Below are positions 53,903 through 62,285 of a stretch of DNA of 64,000 bases, in pieces. The stretch comes from an uncultured Actinomycetota bacterium (GTDB lineage: Bacteria; Actinomycetota; Acidimicrobiia; Spongiisociales; UBA4744): contig CAVQVN010000005.1 in NCBI GenBank assembly GCA_963717135.1, forward strand, positions 126,779-190,778. The letters are read 5' to 3'. Positions within the stretch are counted from its first letter, which is position 1. The number at the start of each line of letters is the position of its first letter. A program made the translations under genes and the position numbers. The notes beneath the pieces were generated by a model, which saw only the letters and a program-made list of their open reading frames with translations, had not been told where the DNA came from and did not search any database.

Positions 53903-54057
53903 CGATCGCCCTTTCTCCTAGCTGTTGACCTTCACTAGTCCTGCAGGGTCCGGCATCAGTTTGTTCCGGTGGCGCTGCTGGAGGGCGCCGGGGGTTACCT
54001 CTGCAAGGGTAGGCGATGGCGACAGACCTACCGGGACGGAGTCCCGGTTGGTCCTGA

Positions 54058-54133
54058 TGGAGCTGGCGGAGGGAATCGAACCCACGACCTGCTGATTACA
54101 AATCAGCTGCTCTGCCGACTGAGCTACGCCAGC
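54058..54133 (-). tRNA. tRNA-Thr: tRNA-Thr (anticodon TGT), CCA encoded
   Basis: Hand fold of the reverse complement: GCTGGCG/CGCCAGC acceptor, GCTC/GAGC D stem, GCTGA-TTTGTAA-TCAGC anticodon arm, GTGGG-TTCGATT-CCCTC T arm (one U-U mismatch at 50-64), discriminator T, then CCA. Confidence 0.85.
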
Positions 54134-54167
54134 GAGGCTATTCCGGCTTTGCCGCAACCGCAGCTAT

Positions 54168-54265
54168 GAGCCACGAGCTGCGAGTGAACCACACCGGACA
54201 CGAAAGGTTAGCGCTCAACCGAAAACCATTAACGATTGCGAGTCGTTCTCGTCGCTCGTGGCTCA
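54168..54265. repeat. heptad-phased spacer, 14 units, closed by a 12-bp perfect inverted repeat
   Basis: GAGCCAC GAGCTGC GAGTGAA ... AACCGAA AACCATT AACGATT GCGAGTC GTTCTCG TCGCTCG TGGCTCA. TGAGCCACGAGC (54167-54178) pairs with GCTCGTGGCTCA (54254-54265), which includes the rlmB stop. Confidence 0.9.
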
Positions 54266-55018
54266 AAGCTTTTTGCGTACTCGGGCCGCCTCGTAGGTTG
54301 CCAGGGCCGCGGCCACTGAGGCATTCAAGCTCTCCGAGCCGGCCACCATCGGAATGTGGGCTCGGACGTCGACCCGATCTTCAACCAGTCTCCCCAGACC
54401 CCGGCCCTCGCCCCCGACCACAATGGCGATCGGCTCGGTGAGCAGCGGAAGGTCGAACAGGCGTTCGCCGCCGCCTGCAGTCAGGCCCAGTGTCCAGACG
54501 CCCAGTTTCTTGAGTCGCCGGACCGCATCGGCGGTTGACGATTGCAGAGAGACACGAAGCTGTTCGAGTGCACCGGCCGCGGCCTTGAAGGCCGTCGGAC
54601 CGAGCGGAGCCGAACGGCGCGCCTGGAGCACGAGACCCGTGGCGCCGGATGCCAGCGCCGACCGGGCAATCGCTCCAACATTGTGGGGATCTTCCAGATG
54701 ATCGAGCACCACCAGCAGACACGGCACCGGGTCGATCAATGCTTCCAGAGTGTGGTTGACGATCGGTCGGGCCCGGGCAACCAATCCTTGGGGCGCCGCG
54801 GTGACTGCCATGGGGCGAACATCGTCGACCACCTCGATTTGAACTCCGGTCGCCTTGGCACGCTCCAGGAGGGCAGCGATGTCCGGGTTTGCGGTGCGAC
54901 CGGCTTCGACTTGCAGCTTGATCAACCGGCCTGCCCGCAAGGCAGCCTCTACAGCGTGGACCCCTTCGAGATCAGTCCCGATGCCAGCGTGCGCCATCGG
55001 GCGTATCCTCCACGACAA
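54263..55018 (-). CDS. rlmB: TrmH/SpoU-family 23S rRNA 2'-O-methyltransferase (RlmB-like)
   Basis: LEDPHNVGAIARSALASGATGLVL, IVVGGEGRGL and SLNASVAAALATYE SpoU motifs, in conserved synteny after cysS. Confidence 0.85.
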   Translation of the reverse strand: MSWRIRPMAHAGIGTDLEGVHAVEAALRAGRLIKLQVEAGRTANPDIAALLERAKATGVQIEVVDDVRPMAVTAAPQGLVARARPIVNHTLEALIDPVPCLLVVLDHLEDPHNVGAIARSALASGATGLVLQARRSAPLGPTAFKAAAGALEQLRVSLQSSTADAVRRLKKLGVWTLGLTAGGGERLFDLPLLTEPIAIVVGGEGRGLGRLVEDRVDVRAHIPMVAGSESLNASVAAALATYEAARVRKKL

Positions 55019-56372
55019 TGCCCAGAGCCGTCAAGCCATTCCGGACGGCGTCCGCTCTGGCCCATTCGCTCCGGCTCCGGGCTTTGTCGCGTTCGCTCAG
55101 GAGGCGATCGACGTTCGCGCCGGCAGTGGCTTCCGCCGAGATACCGAGGGATTCCATGAGCCCGGCGATCTGGGTCTCGAGCCCGGACAGGTCAGATCGG
55201 GGAGGTTCAAATCCGAGCACCTCAACTATCTCGTCGAAGGCGGCGGCCAGCGGTGCTGGGTCCCTACCCAGGTCAATGCGCCGATTACCTTCCCGGACCG
55301 CTTCGAACAAGACGCTCATTGCGCCCGCGGTGTTGAAGTCGTCGTCCATGGCTGCCACGAAAGCCTCCATCACAGAGGGATCCGATTCGCTGCCTGAGCC
55401 CGCCCGCCGCCGGAAGGCCCAGAGGCGCTCAACGGCCGATTGAGCGTCGGTCAGCAACTCTTCGGAGTACTCCTGAGGGGTGCGGTAATGAGCTCGCAGG
55501 AAGAACAATCGTACCGCCATCGGACCGAACCGCCTGATGGCTTCGGCCAGATCGATCACATGACCGGTCGACTTGGCCATCTTCTCACCACCGAGATTGA
55601 GCATCTCATTGTGCAGCCAGTAGGTGGCGAAGGGTTTCCCCGTGGCTCCCTCCGACTGGGCTATCTCGTTTTCGTGGTGAGGAAAGATCAGGTCTGTGCC
55701 ACCCGAATGTATATCGAAACCGCTGCCTAGATACTGCAGCGCCATCGCCGAGCATTCGATGTGCCAACCCGGCCTACCAAGGCCCCAGGGCGCCTCCCAG
55801 GCAGGCTCTCCCGGCTTGGCGGCCTTCCAAAGTGCGAAGTCGAGTGGGTCGCGCTTGTGCTCACCCGGTTCGACCCTGGCGCCGGCCAGCAGGTCATCGA
55901 GATGGCGCCCGGACAGCTTCCCGTACCCGGGAAGCGAGCGCACGGCGAAATAGACATCGCCACCGGCCGGATACGCCAGTTCTTCTTCAATCAACTTCTC
56001 AATCAGCTGCACCATTTGAGGTATGTGGTCGGTGGCTCGTGGCTCGATAGTGGGAGTCTTGACACCGAGAGCCGCATATGCGTCGCCGAACCGTTGGGCC
56101 ATGATCCCTGCCAGCTCCAATGCCGGAATTCCTTGTTCTATGGCCGCCGCGATGATCTTGTCCTCTACATCGGTGATGTTCCGTACATAGGTGACTCGAT
56201 AGCCGCGCCACTCCAGATAGCGACGGATGGCGTCAAACGCAACGGCGTTGCGACCATGACCCAGGTGAGGCTCGGACTGGACGGTAGCGCCGCAGACATA
56301 CATCGAGATCTCGCCCTGACGGCGAGGAACCAACTGCTCCTTGCGACGGCCGAGCGTATTGAAGACCTGCAT
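54972..56372 (-). CDS. cysS: cysteine--tRNA ligase
   Basis: Start at ATG 56372. MYVCGATVQSEPHLGHGR (HIGH-type) and GEKMAKSTGH (KMSKS-type). Confidence 0.95.
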   Translation of the reverse strand: MQVFNTLGRRKEQLVPRRQGEISMYVCGATVQSEPHLGHGRNAVAFDAIRRYLEWRGYRVTYVRNITDVEDKIIAAAIEQGIPALELAGIMAQRFGDAYAALGVKTPTIEPRATDHIPQMVQLIEKLIEEELAYPAGGDVYFAVRSLPGYGKLSGRHLDDLLAGARVEPGEHKRDPLDFALWKAAKPGEPAWEAPWGLGRPGWHIECSAMALQYLGSGFDIHSGGTDLIFPHHENEIAQSEGATGKPFATYWLHNEMLNLGGEKMAKSTGHVIDLAEAIRRFGPMAVRLFFLRAHYRTPQEYSEELLTDAQSAVERLWAFRRRAGSGSESDPSVMEAFVAAMDDDFNTAGAMSVLFEAVREGNRRIDLGRDPAPLAAAFDEIVEVLGFEPPRSDLSGLETQIAGLMESLGISAEATAGANVDRLLSERDKARSRSEWARADAVRNGLTALGIVVEDTPDGARWHRD

Positions 56373-56383
56373 TCGAGTCGATG

Positions 56384-56863
56384 TTAGTGAGGGCCGGCGG
56401 TGGCGGTTACTACGGCCGTAGCGGCAACTCCCGCCTCGCGACCGAGAAAACCCAGCCCGTCGGTGGTGGTGGCCTTGACCGAGACAACCCCAACGTCGAC
56501 GTGAAGCGAATCGGCCAGAGCGGATCGGATCTGCTCTCGCACCGGAGCTACCCGAACCGTCTCGGCCACGATCGTGACATCGAGATTGTTCACTCGCCAC
56601 CCTGCTGCTTGAAACCGATCAACCACGATCCCCAGCAATTCCATGCTGTCCGCCCCCGACCAACGCGGATCCGAGGAAGGGAAGAAGCTGCCCAGATCAC
56701 CGAGGGCCGAAGCCCCCAGCAGGGCGTCGGCGACCGCATGGGCAACCACATCGGCGTCAGAAGTCCCAAGTAACCCGCGCGCCATGTCGACGGGAATCCC
56801 CGCGAACAACACCGGCGGATCTCCGCCGAACTGATGAACATCCAGTCCCCATCCCACCCTCAT
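56384..56863 (-). CDS. ispF: 2-C-methyl-D-erythritol 2,4-cyclodiphosphate synthase
   Basis: MRVGWGLDVHQF...GTSDADVVAHAVADALLGA...DSMELL. ATGA overlap with ispD. Confidence 0.95.
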   Translation of the reverse strand: MRVGWGLDVHQFGGDPPVLFAGIPVDMARGLLGTSDADVVAHAVADALLGASALGDLGSFFPSSDPRWSGADSMELLGIVVDRFQAAGWRVNNLDVTIVAETVRVAPVREQIRSALADSLHVDVGVVSVKATTTDGLGFLGREAGVAATAVVTATAGPH

Positions 56864-57468
56864 CGAATCATCGCCTCCAGAACCCGCAAATCGTCGGGAT
56901 AGGTGACCTTGAGATTGCCGGGATCGCCTTCCACCCAGGCCACGGCTTCGCCGGCCCATTCGAGGAGCATTGCATCATCGGAGGCGTCGCCATCGTGAGC
57001 CGTATGGGCGGCCCGCAAGGCGGCCGCCTGAAACGCCTGCGGCGTTTGCACGCTGATAAGCGGATCCCGATCGATTGTTGTCAGGACCCTTCCGTAGGCA
57101 ACCTGTTTGAGGGTGTCCCGAACCGCCACGCCGGGTACGACCCCCGCCACATCGCCGACCGCCAAGCGCTCGAGAACCCGGCCCACCAGACTTGGATCGG
57201 CAAGAGGGCGGGCGGCGTCATGGACCACCACCACCGGGATGGACTCGGGAATCGTGGCCAGGCCGGCGGCAACCGAGTCGCGGCGGCGGTCACCTCCGGG
57301 AATGCCGTCCGGGACATCGCCAACCACGACGACCTTGGAAACCCCGCCTTCGAGGAGAGTTCGGCGAGCCCACTCCCAGAGGGGCCGGCCACCCAGGAGC
57401 AGCTCATGCTTTGGGCCTCCGAACCGGGAGCCGCGCCCGGCGGCCACGACAATCCCCCAGGCCATCAT
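56860..57468 (-). CDS. ispD: 2-C-methyl-D-erythritol 4-phosphate cytidylyltransferase
   Basis: GIVVAAGRGSRFGGPK...VVVHDAARPL...VQTPQAF. Confidence 0.9.
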   Translation of the reverse strand: MMAWGIVVAAGRGSRFGGPKHELLLGGRPLWEWARRTLLEGGVSKVVVVGDVPDGIPGGDRRRDSVAAGLATIPESIPVVVVHDAARPLADPSLVGRVLERLAVGDVAGVVPGVAVRDTLKQVAYGRVLTTIDRDPLISVQTPQAFQAAALRAAHTAHDGDASDDAMLLEWAGEAVAWVEGDPGNLKVTYPDDLRVLEAMIR

Positions 57469-58514
57469 GCGATGGGACGGCCAAACAACATCCGACCAAT
57501 TGCTGTGCGAGTGACGCTGACTATCTCGACTTCTTGAGTGAGCCCGATCAACTCGGAGCCGGCTTCGACGACAACCATGGTCCCGTCATCCAGGTAACCG
57601 ACTCCTTGGCCGGGTTCTGAACCGGCTTTGGTTATATCAACGACCAGTCTGTCTCCGGTGGCCACAACCGGTTTGAGAGACTCGGCGAGAGAGTTCGGAT
57701 TCAAAGCCGAGATACCCCTGGCGCCGGCCGCTTTGGCCAGGTTATGGTCCGTAGTGATGAGCGTCGCCTCGGCCCGCATGGCCAGGGCCAGCAATTTGGC
57801 GTCAACATCCTCGAATTCGGGAACAGTTTCTTTGAGGATGTAGACCTGCGAGACATCCGAGCCACGCATGGCTTCGATTATCTCCAGTCCACGCCTCCCC
57901 CGCCGCCGCCTCGTCTTGTCGACGGCATCAGCCAGTCCCTGCAACTCGTCGAGAACGAACTCCGGTACCCAAAGGCGGCCGGGAATCAACCCGGCGCGGG
58001 ACATCTCGAGGATCCGGCCGTCGATGGCTGCCGACGAATCGAGAAGAAACGCCCGTTCCGGATGATCCAGGCTGCGGCTTACCAACGTCCCCCGGCGCCG
58101 GAGACCCGTCACCGCCAACAGGTCGTCGGTCCGGGTGGCAAAGAGGCGGGTCCCCACGCTGGCGGTAATCAGCACAACCAACGAGGCAACGGGCCAAGCA
58201 ACCGCGGCGGGTACGAAATAGATGATGGGGACGGCAACTATCACTCCGACGATGAGCCCGACGATCAACCCAAAAGCCCCTGCGAACAATTCCGGTCCGG
58301 AGGATCGCTCGGCGATCCGCTCGGGCATTACATCCAGGCTCTTGCGGAAGCCGCGCCCGACCACCCCACCCGCCACGTAGCCGATACCGGCCCCGAGGAC
58401 GGCACCCAGCACGGGCGCAGTCTCCGGGCTGGAGGCGTCTACATTGGAGCCGAGCTGGAACCCGACCGCCGTCAGGGCCAACGTGATGAGTAACCGAACT
58501 GCCTCAACGATCAC
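57465..58514 (-). CDS. PIN/TRAM-domain membrane protein (YacL-like)
   Basis: Four N-terminal TM helices, a PIN domain (LLDSSAAIDGR...LITTDHNLAKAA) and a C-terminal TRAM-like beta domain, in the conserved position upstream of ispD. Confidence 0.8.
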   Translation of the reverse strand: MIVEAVRLLITLALTAVGFQLGSNVDASSPETAPVLGAVLGAGIGYVAGGVVGRGFRKSLDVMPERIAERSSGPELFAGAFGLIVGLIVGVIVAVPIIYFVPAAVAWPVASLVVLITASVGTRLFATRTDDLLAVTGLRRRGTLVSRSLDHPERAFLLDSSAAIDGRILEMSRAGLIPGRLWVPEFVLDELQGLADAVDKTRRRRGRRGLEIIEAMRGSDVSQVYILKETVPEFEDVDAKLLALAMRAEATLITTDHNLAKAAGARGISALNPNSLAESLKPVVATGDRLVVDITKAGSEPGQGVGYLDDGTMVVVEAGSELIGLTQEVEIVSVTRTAIGRMLFGRPIA

Positions 58515-58571
58515 GAAGCGAGGTTAGCGGCGCGCCCATCAATTGCCGGGGGTTGTCACCCCTGGCCGAGG

Positions 58572-59402
58572 TCAGCTCTCTTCAAGGGTCTCTACCTTGG
58601 GGAGGGCGCGGTCGAGTTTCCTGGTCGCTTCCTCCTCGTCGACATTGAGCGCGAACCGCAGCTCACTGGTCAGGGTTAGACGAGCCTTGGAAAGCATCCG
58701 CTTGAGGGCAGGTGAGATCCCCTTGGTTTGCTGGGCATATGTCAGATCCCGCACGACTTCGGCAACTTGATAGATATCACCGGAGGTCATCTTCTCGTTG
58801 AGGACTTTGTACCAGCGGCTCCAGTTGCTCCCTGCCTCTTGTGGAGTCTCTTTGAAAAGGGCAAACACCTTCCGCGCCTGGTTCTTGCTGATGACCGGTC
58901 GGATCGTGTCCTCTATGCTGGCGACCGGCACAAAAACCGTCAGCTGGTCGGTGGCTATCTCCAATTGGAAATAATCCTGACGTTGATCGCCCACCGTTTG
59001 TTTCACCTTTTTGACGATGATGGCCGCTCCATGTTGAGGATGCACGACCTTATCGCCGAGTGAGAAGGCTGATGTCTTGCGAACCGTCCGCGGTGAGGCC
59101 TGCTTCACGACCGCTTCCGGAGTGGGCTTGGCTGCAGCCGCCGCTCTCGGTGTTGCCTTCTTGGCTGCGGCGGGTTTGACCACGGGCTTCTCGACGACCG
59201 CCGCCTTGGTGGGGGGTTTCTTGGCAGCCGCCGGTTTCTTAGCAGCCGCCTTCGCAGTGGTCGTCTTCGCGGCTGCCGTCTTCTGCGTTGTCGTGGTCTT
59301 CCGGGCAGGCTTTTTCGCCGCCCCGGCTTCTGCAGCCGGCTTCTTGGCGGCCGCTTGGCTGGAGGCGGATTTGGTGGTGGACGTGGTCTTTTTGGTCGCC
59401 AT
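58572..59402 (-). CDS. carD: CarD-family RNA-polymerase-binding regulator with ~110-aa Lys/Ala/Thr/Pro-rich N-terminal extension
   Basis: Start at ATG 59402. The CarD core begins at FSLGDKVVHPQHGAAIIVKKV...NWSRWYKVLNEKMTSGDIYQVAEVVRDL. It is preceded by MATKKTTSTTKSASSQAAAKKPAAEAGAAKKPARK...AAKKPAAAKKPPTKAA... Confidence 0.85.
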   Translation of the reverse strand: MATKKTTSTTKSASSQAAAKKPAAEAGAAKKPARKTTTTQKTAAAKTTTAKAAAKKPAAAKKPPTKAAVVEKPVVKPAAAKKATPRAAAAAKPTPEAVVKQASPRTVRKTSAFSLGDKVVHPQHGAAIIVKKVKQTVGDQRQDYFQLEIATDQLTVFVPVASIEDTIRPVISKNQARKVFALFKETPQEAGSNWSRWYKVLNEKMTSGDIYQVAEVVRDLTYAQQTKGISPALKRMLSKARLTLTSELRFALNVDEEEATRKLDRALPKVETLEES

Positions 59403-59442
59403 GGATTCCTGCGTCGATTCGGAGGAGCAATAGTAATGCACA

Positions 59443-59554
59443 GACAGCTGATAGTTGCCCCCTGGCTGATGATTGCTCGTTATCAGTCAGCAGTCGGCAG
59501 TTGGCATCTCACCACTGGAAACTGGGAACCGGGAACTGGAAACTGGGTTGCTAC
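59443..59554. repeat. heptad-phased spacer, 16 units, between disA stop and carD start
   Basis: GACAGCT GATAGTT GCCCCCT GGCTGAT GATTGCT CGTTATC AGTCAGC AGTCGGC AGTTGGC ATCTCAC CACTGGA AACTGGG AACCGGG AACTGGA AACTGGG TTGCTAC. Confidence 0.9.
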
Positions 59555-60633
59555 AGCTCCACCGAGTGATCCCAGGCTCGGATCACTTCGATCATGCGAT
59601 CGAACAACCGGCGGAGTTGTGAAGCACGCGCCCTCCCGACGCCGGGTACCTCATCGAGCTCATCTACCGACGCTTTCAACATCTTCTGAAAGTCCTTGAA
59701 ATGTTTGACGATTTCGTCCCGGACGGCGGTAGGAAGACGAGGTACCTGGGAAAGCAGGCGGACCCCCAGGGGACGAGTGTGACTGTCCAGGTGGTCAAAG
59801 CCAAGAGCATCCGCCACCACATCCGGATCGCTCAGGTCAGCGGTAGGAAGTCCCTCCAAGTCAGCCAGGGCCTGCCCCAACCGCTTGGCCGAGACGGGTC
59901 GGACGTAATCTTTGACCACCAGGTCGCGCAATTCGCCGGTTCCGTACAAGAGGTCGGTGAGTTGCAGGTTGATCAGGTCTCCCTCCCCGCCCAGACCCAC
60001 GGCATCTTTCTCGATGTCCTGGCCGATTCGACGCACGAGTTCGGCTCGCTGCACCACCAGGACAACCGCCCGAAAGGTCATGAGGTCGGCTATCTCTTCA
60101 CGAGTCAATCGATCTTCTGCTTCGTCAAGCCGCCGCCGAAAACGTTCCAGGGTCAGCAATTCCTGATTGACTGTTGCAGCCAGCGTCGCCGGACTCTCGA
60201 GTTCGTGTTTGTCGCCTCCCAGGAACAGTGTCGCGACTCTTCGATCCTCACTGACCGCCACCACCGGCCGGCCGGTTTGGCGAGCTACCCGCTCGGCAGT
60301 CCGATAACGAGCGCCGGTTTCCTCAGTTGGCACTGCCGGATCTGGAAGCAGGTGAACGTTGACCCGAAGGATCTTATGCCAGGCATCGTCAAGGACGATC
60401 GCCCCATCCATCTTGGCCAACTCGGTCAACCTGGCCGGGGTGAAATCCGAGTCGGTGAGCGCAAAACCGCCGGAACACAGCGCATCTACCTCCTGACCGG
60501 CTCCGAGAACGATCAGAGCGCCGTTGCGGTGCTGGATGATCCTCCCCAAAGCGTCCCGCAAAGGCGTACCGGGCGCCAGCCGCTGCAAAGTCTCGAGGAG
60601 TTCCGGAGATGTGGAAGGCATCGCACCGATCAT
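59551..60633 (-). CDS. disA: DNA integrity scanning protein DisA (diadenylate cyclase)
   Basis: Start at ATG 60633. DAC domain with the DGA motif (AKMDGAIVLD), followed by a linker and a C-terminal HhH domain. The second motif reads GARYRTAER rather than the RHR I remember. Confidence 0.9.
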   Translation of the reverse strand: MIGAMPSTSPELLETLQRLAPGTPLRDALGRIIQHRNGALIVLGAGQEVDALCSGGFALTDSDFTPARLTELAKMDGAIVLDDAWHKILRVNVHLLPDPAVPTEETGARYRTAERVARQTGRPVVAVSEDRRVATLFLGGDKHELESPATLAATVNQELLTLERFRRRLDEAEDRLTREEIADLMTFRAVVLVVQRAELVRRIGQDIEKDAVGLGGEGDLINLQLTDLLYGTGELRDLVVKDYVRPVSAKRLGQALADLEGLPTADLSDPDVVADALGFDHLDSHTRPLGVRLLSQVPRLPTAVRDEIVKHFKDFQKMLKASVDELDEVPGVGRARASQLRRLFDRMIEVIRAWDHSVEL

Positions 60634-60635
60634 AG

Positions 60636-60676
60636 TGTCCTCGTTGCCTCGTTCCTCGTTCCACGTGCCTCGTTGG
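60636..60676. repeat. heptad array CCTCGTT x4 (mRNA sense AACGAGG) in the disA leader
   Basis: mRNA sense: AACGAGG CACGTGG AACGAGG AACGAGGC AACGAGG ACACU AUG. One step is 8 nt. The last GAGG is positioned as the SD. Confidence 0.85.
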
Positions 60677-60791
60677 CGTCCTCCCTCTGACGAGCGAAGC
60701 TTGCGGGGCTCGTCGACCAGCGAGGGGGAGGAGGGTCGCCCAACCCGCAGGGTCCCGGCGGGGAGTCCCTTCCCACCAAAGAAGGTCAAGG

Positions 60792-62132
60792 TCAGCGATC
60801 TCTCACTATCTGATCTTGCCAATCGGGGAGGGCCTGGTCGAGCGCTTCGAAAATCCCCAGCCGGCTCCCCTTGAGCGGTGCAATCGCCTTCGAAACGCCC
60901 AACCGAGCCGCCTCCTCTCGGCGCCGATCCTCGTGGGCTACTTCCCGCAACTCACCAGTGAGTCCGACTTCCCCCCAGGCAGCCACCGGGCCGAGCGGGC
61001 GGTTCAGGAACGACGAAGCGAGGGCCAGGGCAACCGGAAGGTCGGCGGCCGGCTCGGTCAGTCGTAGGCCTCCGACCACGTTGACGTAGACCTCCTGGTC
61101 CGAAAACGAAAGCCCGGCGTGCCGAAAGAGGACCGCCAGCATCTGGTGAACCCGGGATGCTTCGACCCCTCGCACGCTTCGGCGCGGCTGCGGGGCGGAG
61201 GTCGGTGACACCAGAGCCTGGACTTCTACAAGGACCGGACGGCGGCCTTCCACCGTTGGGAAAGCCAGGGTGCCGGGCACCGCTCCACGCCAGTCGGCCA
61301 GAAAGGCTGCTGAAGGGTCCGCGACCTCGCAAAGGCCCTCCTCAGCCATCTCGAAAAATCCCATCAAATGGGTTGCGCCAAACCTGTTCTTGAGGCTACG
61401 AAGGCCTCGCAATCCCGATTCGCTCTCACCCTCGAGGTACAGCACCACATCAACCATGTGCTCCAGCATTTTGGGTCCGGCGATTCCCCCATCCTTCGTC
61501 ACATGTCCGACCAGCACGGCAGCGGTGCCTGAATCCTTGGCGTGCCGCATAACCCGGGCCGCGCATTCGCGTACCTGGCTCACCGACCCTGGGGCGCTGC
61601 CGATCTCTGCAGCCATCACCGTCTGCACCGAGTCGACCACCAGGAGATCCGGGTGAAGTCGATCTGAGGCGCCGAGGATGTCGTCGATATCGGCCTCGGC
61701 AAGCAGATAGACCTCGTCCTCCGTCAATTCGAGACGTTCGGCCCGCAGGCCAACCTGCTCCGCCGACTCCTCGGCGCTCGCAATGAGCACTTTCGACCCG
61801 CCCGCCGCCAACGCTCCCGCCGTCTGCAACACAAGGGTCGATTTACCCACCCCGGGCTCACCGCCGAGCAGCACCACAGCCCCGGGCACGAACCCGCCGC
61901 CGAGCACTCGATCGATCTCGGCAATTCCGGTAGTGACCCGCGTGACGGCCGTGCCTCCTGCCTTGGCCAGGGAAATGGGATCGGACCCAATCGACGGACG
62001 CCGGTTCCCCTTCTCCGACAGCAAGACCAAGCCTTGAGAGGCGCGACATTGGGGACAAAACCCCATCCACTTGGCGGACCGGTATCCGCAGGCGTCACAT
62101 GAATACGTCATCGAAAGGATGTTATCGATCAC
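60792..62132 (-). CDS. radA: DNA repair protein RadA/Sms
   Basis: Zn finger CDACGYRSAKWMGFCPQC, Walker A GGEPGVGKST, KNRFG motif and a Lon-like C-terminal domain. Confidence 0.95.
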   Translation of the reverse strand: MIDNILSMTYSCDACGYRSAKWMGFCPQCRASQGLVLLSEKGNRRPSIGSDPISLAKAGGTAVTRVTTGIAEIDRVLGGGFVPGAVVLLGGEPGVGKSTLVLQTAGALAAGGSKVLIASAEESAEQVGLRAERLELTEDEVYLLAEADIDDILGASDRLHPDLLVVDSVQTVMAAEIGSAPGSVSQVRECAARVMRHAKDSGTAAVLVGHVTKDGGIAGPKMLEHMVDVVLYLEGESESGLRGLRSLKNRFGATHLMGFFEMAEEGLCEVADPSAAFLADWRGAVPGTLAFPTVEGRRPVLVEVQALVSPTSAPQPRRSVRGVEASRVHQMLAVLFRHAGLSFSDQEVYVNVVGGLRLTEPAADLPVALALASSFLNRPLGPVAAWGEVGLTGELREVAHEDRRREEAARLGVSKAIAPLKGSRLGIFEALDQALPDWQDQIVRDR

Positions 62133-62285
62133 GTGTGACGTAAAAGATGGCTGCGCCGACGGCGAGCAGCCCTGCCAACAACAGGAGCGCTCCCAAAATA
62201 TTGCCGAATGTCCAGGTCTCGGCCGTTCTGATCACAAAGTAGCTCACGCGCGTGGCACAATACCGCCGACGAGGAAGGAAGTCTC

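Noticed and set aside
51902-53938. 678-aa plus-strand ORF, plus similar long antisense ORFs (19131-20411, 43910-45202, 59701-60690, 62244-63272, 57744-58493 and others)
   Set aside because: All lie opposite genes with strong family signatures (DMGDH-like, ClC, Liv ATPases, DisA, discoidin protein, PIN/TRAM). Their translations are Arg/Pro/Gly-rich with no recognisable motifs.
53903-54057. Glycine riboswitch before the GcvT-domain dehydrogenase gene
   Set aside because: I could not find the conserved GGAGAG / ACCGAAGGGGCAA-type cores by eye. It is kept only as a low-interest structured leader.
57465-58514. PIN-domain gene as a VapC-type toxin of a toxin-antitoxin pair
   Set aside because: It is a 349-aa membrane-anchored PIN/TRAM (YacL-type) protein in the conserved disA...ispD housekeeping context, with no small antitoxin gene upstream.
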